Below are positions 44,901-55,617 of a DNA stretch of 64,000 nucleotides, piece by piece; positions within the stretch are counted from its first letter, which is position 1; each line of letters opens with the position of its first letter. A model generated the notes under the pieces. The model was not told the origin of the DNA and ran no database searches. It worked only from the letters and a program-made list of their open reading frames with translations. Source of the stretch: Trichosphaerium sp. ATCC 40318 (taxonomy: Eukaryota > Protista > Tubulinea); contig JALMLS010000397.1 of assembly GCA_038496445.1 (NCBI GenBank), forward strand, positions 186,001 to 250,000, given 5' to 3'. The position numbers and the translations under genes are program-made.

Positions 44901-45389
44901 TCAAGGTTATGAGACAAGGCATCTTCGAGAAGCGTAAGAAGAAAAAGACCAACAGATTCCAAGGTCTCTTCTCTAAGACAACTGGTACCAAGAAGTTCAG
45001 TTACAAGGAACTCAAGAAACGTCGTGTTATTGTACACTCTGACGTGCCTTCTATCAGGTACGAAGCTTGCTTATTATTTTTTGAAGATCTAACTCTGTTG
45101 TTTTAGTCAACCTAAGACTAAGTTCTTTATCACTACGCCAGAACCTGGTAAATTCGAAGTTGAGGCTAAGATTGGTGGTCTCAGTGTAGGTCAACTTGAG
45201 GTACGTATTCGAGACTAAGAGTTTGTGAAGTTTAGTATGCTAATGTTTTTACTTCAGCTTGATCTTGAGGATCTATTAGAAAAGAAGGAACATAATAAGG
45301 GTGAATTAGATTTGGGTCAAGTCACACTAGATGTGAATATGACACTTTACCTCATCAACAGAGAATTCATTGCAAATTTGAAAAAGTAG
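41958..45389 (+). CDS. IQGAP-related RasGAP protein (GRD + RasGAP_C, no CH domain; Dictyostelium DGAP1/GAPA-like)
   Basis: LEQKIELLI, LFGNAFSHREEFLILELF, VPYGLRLICK, GYFVYYRFINLVIVQPD, LAKLLQNL and KFSYKELKKRRVI. Confidence 0.9.
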
Positions 45390-45621
45390 ACTAACCTACT
45401 CCTTACCTTGTCGTAGACAGGACGTTAATTAAAATAATAAAAAAATGACCAAAAAATGTTTTGTTTAATTTTCAGACCTTTCATCATTGTCTGCTTACGT
45501 GAATTCAACCCCTTTGTAATGTGCTTTGGATATATTCATTCTTTGTGAGAGCGAGAAAAGCCGCAAGATTGAAGATGGGTAGTTAGAATAATTTCGCGGA
45601 TTTATTTTTTTAACTGAATTG

Positions 45622-48600
45622 ATGCAGAAAAGTCTCAAAAGACTTCGGTCTGTAATGAGCGCAACCCCTCCTCGAATTGTTGATGATGACGAGCAGCGTC
45701 GGGCTGTACGATGGTCGTCGTACAAATCAGGAGATGAGTCAGAAACAGCCATCGATTTCCTTGTCATGACAGGTTTGCTAGGCGTTGTAGTAATAATATT
45801 AACAGCTTTTCAGGAAGTAATCGCGAGTTTAAAGCGCTTTTCGCTTATTTGAAGCCGTTAGCCGGGGAAGACAGTGTTCGTCGCGTTATTGTGGATAAGA
45901 ATACATGCTATGTTGGTAAAATGGGTGTTTGCAGCGCTGCTCTTTGTTCTTTTAGAAAAATCAAAAAAGACTCTGTGAGCTCTGTTTGCGACTATTTTAA
46001 GCCACGGTACGCGTTTCTGAACTAATTTAGATTGTGTACACAACAATCATGTTAAATCAATTTATAGAGCAGTAATTATAGCAGGAACTGCTCGTGGGAT
46101 ACAGAGCGCTCATGTTGAGCGTGGTGATGTGGTCGTAGCAGAAAAGTAACATTTGTCTGTCATAACAACGACACCACTAACATTGAGCTTACTAGAATAC
46201 TTGAATACGACGTTAATGATGGAGTTTGTACTAAAACAGCAGAGTACGAGGCTGGCGATGTACTAGTAGACCGTTTAAATGATGCTGCGTCCTTCTGGGA
46301 ACCAAGAAACGGTACGTTTAAATACGTAACGTCGGGGGTTATCAGTCAGCCCGATAACAGTGCTGTAGACACAGAAGCAACTGTTCACGTTGGCAACTTA
46401 GTATCAAGCACTACGCAGATGGATAGTAAGATGCTTAAGAGCATATCAAAGGGTTTTGATGAAGTACCTTTGGGCGCTGAGTTAGAACCTCTAACGCCAC
46501 TTGTCCATGAGCATTGTGATGAGTGGATTGTTATAAAAGTACTAAATATCAGATTTCTGAATGTAAAATCAGACTTTATTGGTTCGTTAACGTTTACTGC
46601 TAGGGAGTTAGTAATCGTGATGCTAAAGCAAAGAATTCAGATAAAACAGCTTGTCTTCATGCTGCTGATTTGATTGCTTTTGTGTTGAGTGACGTTGATG
46701 TAATGGAAGGAATTAATCCTCATCATCTTGTTTTGGAAAATGAAGAAGAAGAGAGTGTCACAGAAGTTGAGAGTAGTGCTCCTAATAGTAGTCGTCAAAA
46801 AGAAGAAGAGAGCGAAGGTAGTCTTTCTGAGAGCACGGATAGCGAGTCATCAGACTCAATAGAGGATATGTTATCACCAAAATCGAGTAGCAGTATGGTA
46901 AGTACGCTTATTTGATTTTTCTTACTTCTTTATTTTTTCTTGTTTGTTCTCCAGTTTTGTTAATCTCTGTCTATGCAGTCAGTTACAAAAAAACCTAAAG
47001 GAGTTAAAACTATATTACGGTCTGAGCTTGATTTTGGAGATGATGAGACTTTTCTTGGATCACCCAATATTATCAAAGCTCGTTTTTATGATTCTTCTGT
47101 TTTTGTCAGTTTACTCCCTCATTACACAAAAGAAGAAGTATTTGCTGATGCTACAATATTAAAGTACGTTATTTTGAAAGTATACGAAAATAAGTATGAC
47201 TTTATTTCTAGTCAGTACAATTACCTATTTTTTGGTTCTTTTTTTTTTTTCCCAGTTTGTTCACGTGTTTCTTTTTCTTTTGTCGCCAAGCTAATTTTTT
47301 GTTTTAGAAGTGAATTGGCTAGAAATTTAGTTACGCTTAAAGGTGTTATCACAGAACCTCCTTTCGGCGTGGTTATGTCTACTGAAAAGAAAGGTACTTT
47401 GTATCATTGTATTCATGACAAGCATCTTCACGAAAAATGGGACTTGCTTCAAAAAATATCAATATTGTTTGAAATCACTTGTAGTGTACGCAGTTTACAT
47501 GCTGTTACTGGATTTCGTGGTAAGTAATATCCAAACAAGCAATATTGTCATCTTACTACAACCTAGGTACCTTGACAAGTCATCAAGTTTGGGTAAGATA
47601 ACATACTTCCAGCAGATTTTAGTGTGTTTCTTTTACGTTTCTAATCTTTGTCGCAACAGATTGATAAAACGAATGATGCTCTGTTTTGTCCTTGTCATGA
47701 AGAATCATCTACTTTATGGCACGCACCAGAAGTTATCCTTGGAGAAGCTCCAGATATTCGTTCTAATATATTCAGTATTGGCATAATTATGTAAGTGTGG
47801 TTTTATCCTCAAAAGGTAATAACACTATTGCTTCTTAGGTGGGAACTTTTCTCAGGAGAGCATCCAAGCACTATAGATGTTATAACAGACAAAAAGATAT
47901 CTACGCTAAGTAATGTTCCAGAAGAGTTCGGAAAAATACTTTCTCTTTGTTTGCACAAGGTACCTTACATGCCAAACGTACAGACTGACTAAAATTTTTT
48001 TCTAGGAAGCAGAGAAACGTATGCCATTAACGGACCTTATTGTTGCTTTGAGTACTATACGTAATAAGCTTGAAAGTGCTGGTAAATCACCTTGGTTGAT
48101 TCCAAAGGAAACAGGAACTTTGGGTAACTGGGTATGACGTCTTTGAAGTTTACTTCTTTATTTCTTCTTTTGCATTTTTCTACAAAAGGAACCACTTATC
48201 TTCATCTTTTTCTTTGTCTCACATGATCAATCCTTTCGCAGTAAAAATCAACCTGGTATACAAGTCTTATTGCGGTGTAGGTTGACACTGATGGATATCA
48301 GACATTGACTCTCAAGGATGACAATGGTATTCAACTTCCTGTTGAGTATAGGACTTTGGAAGGAATTTTTGAAAAGTCACTTAAAGGCATAAACTATACG
48401 ATAACAAAAGCAAAAATGATTAATAATCCAACAAACGAGGACGCATTTGCATCATTGTATAAAAGGTATTGATGATAGAGACAAGAAAAGTTGTTTACGT
48501 TTTTTTTTAGGTTTAATGACAGAATGTCTCGAAGTGCGCATGTTTTTGGAGAAGCTTCATGGTTACAGGCAAATATAGTTTAAATCATAATCGCCTTTAT

Positions 48601-50764
48601 TTACTATGTATAGAAAGGTACACCCAAGGTTATAAAACGGCGAAAATGGGTTCATAAGGAGCTCACAAAGTTCGCAAAACAAATACCTGCTAATAAAGGC
48701 AAGAATTGAAAAAACGAAGAAAAAAAAGAAGTGACTATCTTCTGACTGCTTGTTGTAGGTACAAAGGTCTGGGTTGTACCAGTGGTTCATGCGAGCTCTG
48801 AAGGCACTTTAAGAAATATAGCGCGGTCAGGTATGGCCGCTCTAGGCGTTGCTGGTATGTTTTTAGCACGTTCTAAGTTGATACGTATTAAGTTATGATT
48901 AGCGAAATTTCGTACAGATCAGGGTTATTTCGGTAAAGGTATCTATGCAACGAGTCATGTAGAATATTGTGCGGATGTATACGGTAAAAAGAATGACGAA
49001 GGTAAAGCCTTGGCGTTTATGTTTTGAAACAAAAAAGTAATCTCAACGTTTTAGGCGAAATTGTTGTAATGGTTTCATGGGCAGTTCTTGGTAACCCTTT
49101 CCCTGTCATTGAGAATCCAAAGCTTCCAGGCATGAAATGTCCAAAAGGAACAAAATCACTCATGGGCAAGCCCTGTGTTGATGGCTACAGCTCTCACTTT
49201 GTACAACTCACATCAACATCTTGTGTTTATTTTGTTAACTGTTTTATAGGTTGTTGTGCGACCATTGACAGAAAGAAAAGCAGAACGTATTTATGTACCA
49301 TGTACTAGAAAAGAATCAGAAAAAACATCACGTGTACATGATGAATTTGTAAGTCCATGAGTCCAAGATCACGTGATTTTTTTGACGATGTTTTTCAGTG
49401 ATGTTAACTTTCTTTAATTCAATGCTAGGTGTTTTTTATGGACTCACAAGTGTTACCACGGTATATTGTACATATAAAAAAGAGAGAACTAAAAGATGTT
49501 CTTCAATCAAAAGAAAGAACATATGTACAAAGAGTACTTCAACATCATTCTGTAGATTTTGATGGTAGTATGACAAAAGAACATTTGGTATGGTTGGCTC
49601 TTGAAAAGAAAGTTAAAGCGCTGCCGGAGCAAAAACTACCTGCGCAAGTAGATCACACAAGTACGTCTTTATTTATATACAGATACTATAATCCACGCCG
49701 TTAAACAAGAAAGCTCTGAGTAAGAGTAGAAATGATAGCAAAAAACTATTTCAGAGGTATTCATTTTTTTGACTCGTTTTTCCTTTAGATCGTGCAAGAA
49801 CTGTAAGACGGCTTGTTATTAGTGAAGAGAAGTATATTGATATGTTATCTATGTTATTAGATGTACGCCAAACGGATTTATGTTATCAAGTTCTTATGGT
49901 GACTTTTAAAAGGTGTATAAAGTTACTCTTCAGGAGGTTAGGTCTTCCAGTCGTTTTTTGATTCAATCACATATTGATACTATATTTAAACATATCAATG
50001 ATATACGAAAGATACATAAATCAATAGTAAAGAGACTCAAATTTGCTCTTAAACATTGGTCACCTATGCAAGTTATTGGAAAGGTTATAAAGCCTTATGT
50101 ACGTTCATCTTTCTTCTTTTTTTCTTGTCTTTGTTTTTTTCTTATCAACAATGACTACAAAGTTATTTTTTATTCTTCTCAGTATAACTGTTATGCGGTT
50201 GTAACTTTTGACGTTGCAATTACGGTTTTTTGGAGGGTGTCGAGTACTTCGTACTACAAAGAGAATACTAATCTCAATTGGTTGTTTTCTTACATTTTTT
50301 TTGGTTTAGTTGAAGTTTGAGGTTTATAAAGAATATATTGATCACCACTACAAAGCTGTGGGAACAATTTGGGATCTTAAAAAACAGTCTGGGACATTTA
50401 GACGAACTCTTGGACGTTGTGTTGAGCAAACCGGATATACTATTGGACAGCTTTTAAGTTTTGTTTTATCAAGGTAAAAAAACCACGCTTTCTCGTTTTA
50501 TAGTTTATCCACACCCTTGGTTTAATATGTACATAAGGTTTCTAATATTTAATGATATAATGGGAGAGCTATACGATAGTACACCTGACGGGCATCCAGG
50601 TATTGATAAAACACCAAAAACAAAAAAAAATCCTTATCAAATAATTTCAGCCAAAACTGCTCTGGTTCTTTCTCCCCAACTTCTTTTAACTTTAATTACT
50701 CACTATTTTCTTTATAGATAAGCCATTCTTGAAGAGCTGCTGTGAGATATGTTCAAAACGTTAA
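45622..50764 (+). CDS. Multidomain protein: PNP/MTAN-like nucleosidase + TKL pseudokinase + PARP catalytic + RhoGEF (DH), multi-exon
   Basis: Manually spliced continuous frame. PNP: IDFLVMT..E, FKPRAVIIAGTARG, GDVVVA, WIVIKGVSN. Kinase: GTLYHCIH, WHAPE, SIGIIMWEL. PARP: VVH, GYFGKGIYAT, HDEF, QVLPRYIV. DH: RLVISEEKYIDML, DTIFKHI, TPDGHPD. The start codon is uncertain. Confidence 0.8.
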
Positions 50765-51094
50765 GATCATTTCAAGGGTCAACAAACCTTAGCATTTTGG
50801 TGCACACGGACGATCCAGTATCCAATATGGGGTTTGATGTTAAGTGTTCAATTTATCTCACTGTAAATAATATTGCTCAGAGTTGAACAAAAGGACTGTT
50901 TTTCTCAAAGAAATGACAGCAATGATTCACCTCTAATACGCCGTGATGTAGTGGATCAAAATTCGATTTTCAAATTTTTTATTTCAAAATAGAGCGGAAG
51001 ATAGTTTTTTTCTTCACGCAGAGTGTACACTTGTTAATTTGACATAACAAGAAGTTTATTTTTGGGGTGGAAAAATCCTTGTTTTCTACTACAT

Positions 51095-52000
51095 CTACCA
51101 GTTCTTGCAATAAGCGTTTACAGCTTTTAACAAATCAATACAGCTTTCAGTGATTCTATATCTATCAGAGTAGTGTATTGTATGTACTCCTTTAAGAGCC
51201 TTTACACCTTTGTTAGTCACACGAGTGCAACCAACAACACTGATTTGATGAACTCCTTTAAGAGCTTTAATACCTTCATCTGTAATGCGTCTGAGACCTT
51301 CAAGGTCAATAGTATGAACCCCAGCAAGGGCTTTAATGCCTTCATCTGTTACCTGGTGACAACCTCTAAGATTAATAGTATGAACACCTTTGAGTGCTTT
51401 GATGCCTCTATGTGTGACTAGGGAACAATCTCTAAGATTAATAGTATGTACACCTTTGAGAGCTTTAAGTCCCTCATCTGTCAGTTTTTTACAGTCTGAA
51501 CAATCAATCGTGTGAACTCCAGCAAGATATTTCATACCTTCACTTGTAATATACGTGTCTCTAAGGTTAATGGTATGAACACCTTTTAAATATTTAATGC
51601 CTTCATCTGTTATTTTCCTACAGTGCACAAGGTTGATTGAATGAACACCTTGAAATCTTTTCAAATCTTCATCAGAAACCAGTGATGTTTCTATTTGTTT
51701 GATATTTCTACAACCACCAAACAGTGACAGGTAAGTATCCTTCATGTCTATCACAAGTATACTACTATTTTTCATGACACCTTTATATTGCATAACCTTT
51801 AGAATGTCAGGGTGGTTACTGATAGTAACTGTCTTGTATCCAACAATATTGTGGATTAAGTCAGCCATAAGGTGACATGATTGAGCAACAGAAAATCTTG
51901 ACTTTGAATCAGTATGATGAAGAATGGTTGCGATGACTTCAGGTGGGAAATCAATAATATTACATTCTTCTCGTTTATCGAGCCTGTTGCTTTCATTCTC
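51095..52000 (-). CDS. F-box-like + LRR protein, paralog of 18771-19946 (first exon uncertain)
   Basis: The frame extends upstream of the listed ORF to IIDFPPEVIATIL..SVAQSCHLM; ITDEGIKALKGVHTINL repeats follow. Confidence 0.88.
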   Translation of the reverse strand, partial: ENESNRLDKREECNIIDFPPEVIATILHHTDSKSRFSVAQSCHLMADLIHNIVGYKTVTISNHPDILKVMQYKGVMKNSSILVIDMKDTYLSLFGGCRNIKQIETSLVSDEDLKRFQGVHSINLVHCRKITDEGIKYLKGVHTINLRDTYITSEGMKYLAGVHTIDCSDCKKLTDEGLKALKGVHTINLRDCSLVTHRGIKALKGVHTINLRGCHQVTDEGIKALAGVHTIDLEGLRRITDEGIKALKGVHQISVVGCTRVTNKGVKALKGVHTIHYSDRYRITESCIDLLKAVNAYCKNW

Positions 52001-52801
52001 TGTACTTTATAAAACCATAAGTATAAGGAATTGACAAAAAAACCTCAAGTTCGCTCCTTGTCACAAAAATAGTTTAAACTGATTGCTTCTTGACCGCCAT
52101 TCGGCTTGGCTGTACAAGCTAGAATTATTATACGGTTGTAACCCGGCCATTGGCGTGGAGATGAGCGAAATGACCGGTTTGGGATCAAATTAAATGGAAA
52201 TTGTTTGTACGTACTGTCCCTCTACCTTTACAGTTGTTTCCATGTGTTTCAGAAGAGCATCATCGATTTTTTGTTTCAGAGACGTATTCGATACGTTTAG
52301 AATATTCTCTAGTTGGTTTACAAGCGTTTGGCGTTGTTTTGCTGAAACAGTACTGTATGCTCCCGAATGGTTCTTGGTATAGTACGTGAGAACCTGCTCT
52401 AATGATACCAGGAAAATTCATGATTTGATGCGATGCACTTGAGATAGTTATGATTTGTCGTTGGAAATGTCACTTGTCAAATTCTCTGCAATAGCAACAC
52501 CTTCGAACAAAAAATTGTGCTACAATATGAATGTTGACATGCTTGAATTACTCCGGAGGTTGTGGTATTGTAGACAATGTCGAGACAAGCGACTGCTTAT
52601 AACTCGTAAGGCCAAAACAATGCTTGAAATTTTGACACTTGTCAAATAAGTGTTTATTGATCAAGTCCAGGCGTGTTATTGTACCTTTTGTATTAATAAT
52701 AGTTGACTTGCAATAACATTATTGGGTACTCTAGAACTAAATCATGCTCACTAACCACCTCGAAAGTAGCATTTTATTCTTTGAATCCAAATACAAGTTT
52801 T

Positions 52802-55212
52802 TTATGTATTTGTTCCTTTAACAGATTCTCCACCATTGTAGAATGTATTACCAACAAAAACTTTTGCAAAATCTCCTCCAATAATACCCAAATGTATAAT
52901 CCTATCACCTGTTTGATTAACAGGGTTTACATTACGACCAACAACAATACCTAAAAAACATTTAAAACTCTAAACTTAACAATTGGTCACTGAGCTCTTA
53001 CCGTCCTCAGGCGCTCTGTATGTCTTTATACTATTTCCGAAGATATCCCTTACTTTTGCTATCTTTTGTCCTTTTGTAACCCATGTATTAGGTGCTGGAA
53101 ACACTTCAAGAATACCACCAACATCAGTGTATAGCCAATACCTACAGAACTTAAGCTTAACATTGGCTTTAAATAAGACCAAATGTAGTTCACTTACGAC
53201 TTTGTGCATATGGTTGGCATATTATCTTGAGTAGGTGCAGGTAATGGTCTCTCAGGTGATAACATTTTCAACAACCCAAGGGTGTTAATAACTCCATTTT
53301 TGGCTCTATTAATAAAGTTTTCTTGGAATACCTATATTCATCAGCTAAAAGCTTGTAGTTACGTTTATACAGCGTCCAAGCGTACTTGTGGATTACCAAT
53401 TTCTACAGTTACGCTAGACCGCTTTCCATTAGAAATAACACCACGAAGTGAACGATCAAGGCCAGTGTTATGTACTAATAATCTCGGTTATTTGTTGCCT
53501 CAACTTTAAGTAAAATTATGGATCTTACCTATGATTTGAGGACGAAGCATAAGAGCCATTTGTCGCTCTGTTTCGTTGTTCATATCAACACGAACATAAA
53601 GCGAGTTTTGTCTTCCAAAACTTGCTGTATGCAAGTCAAGAAGATAGTCAACTTGATCAATTAAACCATGAAGAATTCTAAAATTAAATTGGGCAGAGCA
53701 GTTCCCAGTACTAATACCAGGCATAACTCTATTCAAATCTTGACCATCACCAAACTCTCTCTTCTTTAACAAGTATCCTAAATGAACTATCACGATCACG
53801 ATCACGATGGCAAGCATGCTTAAGTTGACTTAAGTTGTCCGTTACTGAAGAAAAAAGAGAACGGCCTCTTTTTCATTTTAGTACCTTGCGGATTTGTTAC
53901 TGGTATAGCTACCACAGTACCACGTAACTCATTAACATCAAGCTCATTGAATAGCTTATGTATCATTGGTATGCCGTTAATTTCATTGCCATGTATGGCA
54001 GATGTAAGCCCAAAAACAGGACCTGGTTTGTTTAGTTAATTTTTACCTGGGGAGTGTTGTTTATTTTACCTTCATGTCCTGTTGCTACTATAACTGGTAC
54101 GGATATAGGTTGGCTAAGTGCGTTTTGTACTATAGGAACCCAGAATTTGTAGAATCTGTGGCGCTCTAGTTTCTAAGAAAAAGCCAATCAGCTATTACTA
54201 CAACTCAAAGAAATTGGCCTTGTTAACATACTCTGAAGTCAAGATCTTGTTTGTTGATTGTCACAACTTCAACATCTTTCACTAAATAAATGTAAGACGC
54301 AGAATGGCTAAACAATAGTAAGTTATTTTTTTTTGTTTTTTTGTACACATTGTAGTATCTTCTTCCTCGTCATCTTCGTCCGATTTCAGTCCAAGGAGTC
54401 TATTCATTGCTCCGCTTATATTTGATAGAACGTTTGAAGAGAAGAAAGGCATGCATTCTATGCTTGCTCTCAAAGCCTTTGTAAACTTTAGTTTTCCTTC
54501 TCTGTCGTATTTATCGCAAATTCTATTAAGTGCTAGCACATTGATAGACCGATAGTATTGAAGCTTATAAATTTCTTCTGATATGGATGCAATGACAGTT
54601 TGATTAGCTTTTGTGTGTGGCTCTAAAATCAAGAGAGTATTAGAGCATAATGTAGAGTAATGTCAACACTCGGATGTAAAAAAACCAGTAATTGTTTTGG
54701 GAAAATATGATGGTGAGTCTTTCATTCATTAGACTATTTATAGAAAAGTGTAATGGTAGTGATTGATGTTTTTTATTAAAGCTATAATGGTTCTTAAATA
54801 ATTGCCTGACTATTTTATAATCCGTGTCACTTTAAGTGTATGCACGTGCCTTTAAGGAACTTTTTGTAATTTTTATTAATTTCTTCTTGCTGTTGGACAT
54901 AGAACTTGTCTATTTTATCGAAATCTTTCGCTGCTAGATCCTTTATTTTTAGCTTCCATTCATCACGACCTTCCTTCGTTGACGCTACAAAACATGAGAA
55001 GTTATTGCGGATTGAAGTAATCTCAGAAGATCATTGCGAAAGCAACACTTACCCTTCTTAAAGGATGAGTATAATTGAAGAGCCTGAGCGTAATTAAAGT
55101 ATTTGTCGGACCATTGAGATAGCTGAGCTAATTTAAACTGTTTTGACCACATTTGGGATTCTCCGCGCTTCAGCGTATCCTGAACAGATATAGATAGCTT
55201 TCTAGATGTCAT
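52802..55212 (-). CDS. SPX domain fused to an AstE/AspA (M14) zinc peptidase/deacylase, multi-exon
   Basis: SPX: MWSKQF...QWSDKYFNY, FDKIDKFY and KLQYYRSINVLALNRICDKYDR. M14: GLTSAIHGNEING, PVTNP, DLNRVMPG, LDLHT and VTVEIG, with a biotinyl-like C-terminal barrel (GGILEVFP). Confidence 0.85.
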
Positions 55213-55286
55213 TTGTTGCAAATTATTCACGTTTTTAGTGTATCTGTTTAGAACGTGTACAAATGCTTTGCTACGCGTGGTAGAAA

Positions 55287-55444
55287 ACGGAGTATTGTTT
55301 ACTCCGTAAGATTTTCAAGCGATACCGAGGAAGACCTTTAAAAAAGTTGGAAATACATTTTTTGAACGAACATCCAAAAAAAAAAGATGTTCATAATTTT
55401 TTTTGGTTGTTCAATTTTTCGGATGTTCACGGCTTACATGTTCA
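55287..55444. promoter_or_regulatory. Repeated motifs in the bidirectional promoter
   Basis: Inverted repeat ACGGAGTA-N5-TACTCCGT (55287-55307); TGTTC-core motifs at 55368 (inverted), 55386, 55406, 55421 and 55437. Confidence 0.45.
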
Positions 55445-55617
55445 TCTTGGACGCTCTATTTGACCTAATACGATACAACACAACTACTATATTATGATAA
55501 CATGAACGTCAGTGCGAACAGCAGCTATACTTTCGAGGACAATTAACAACTTCAACTCTGAGAAAAATTGCCAGCGACACTCATATTGAACAACCTAAAA
55601 CCACCATAACCACTATA

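Noticed and set aside
53789-53808. (ATCACG)3 intronic microsatellite
   Set aside because: Too short to be meaningful alone; at most a half-site relative of the CACGTG motif.
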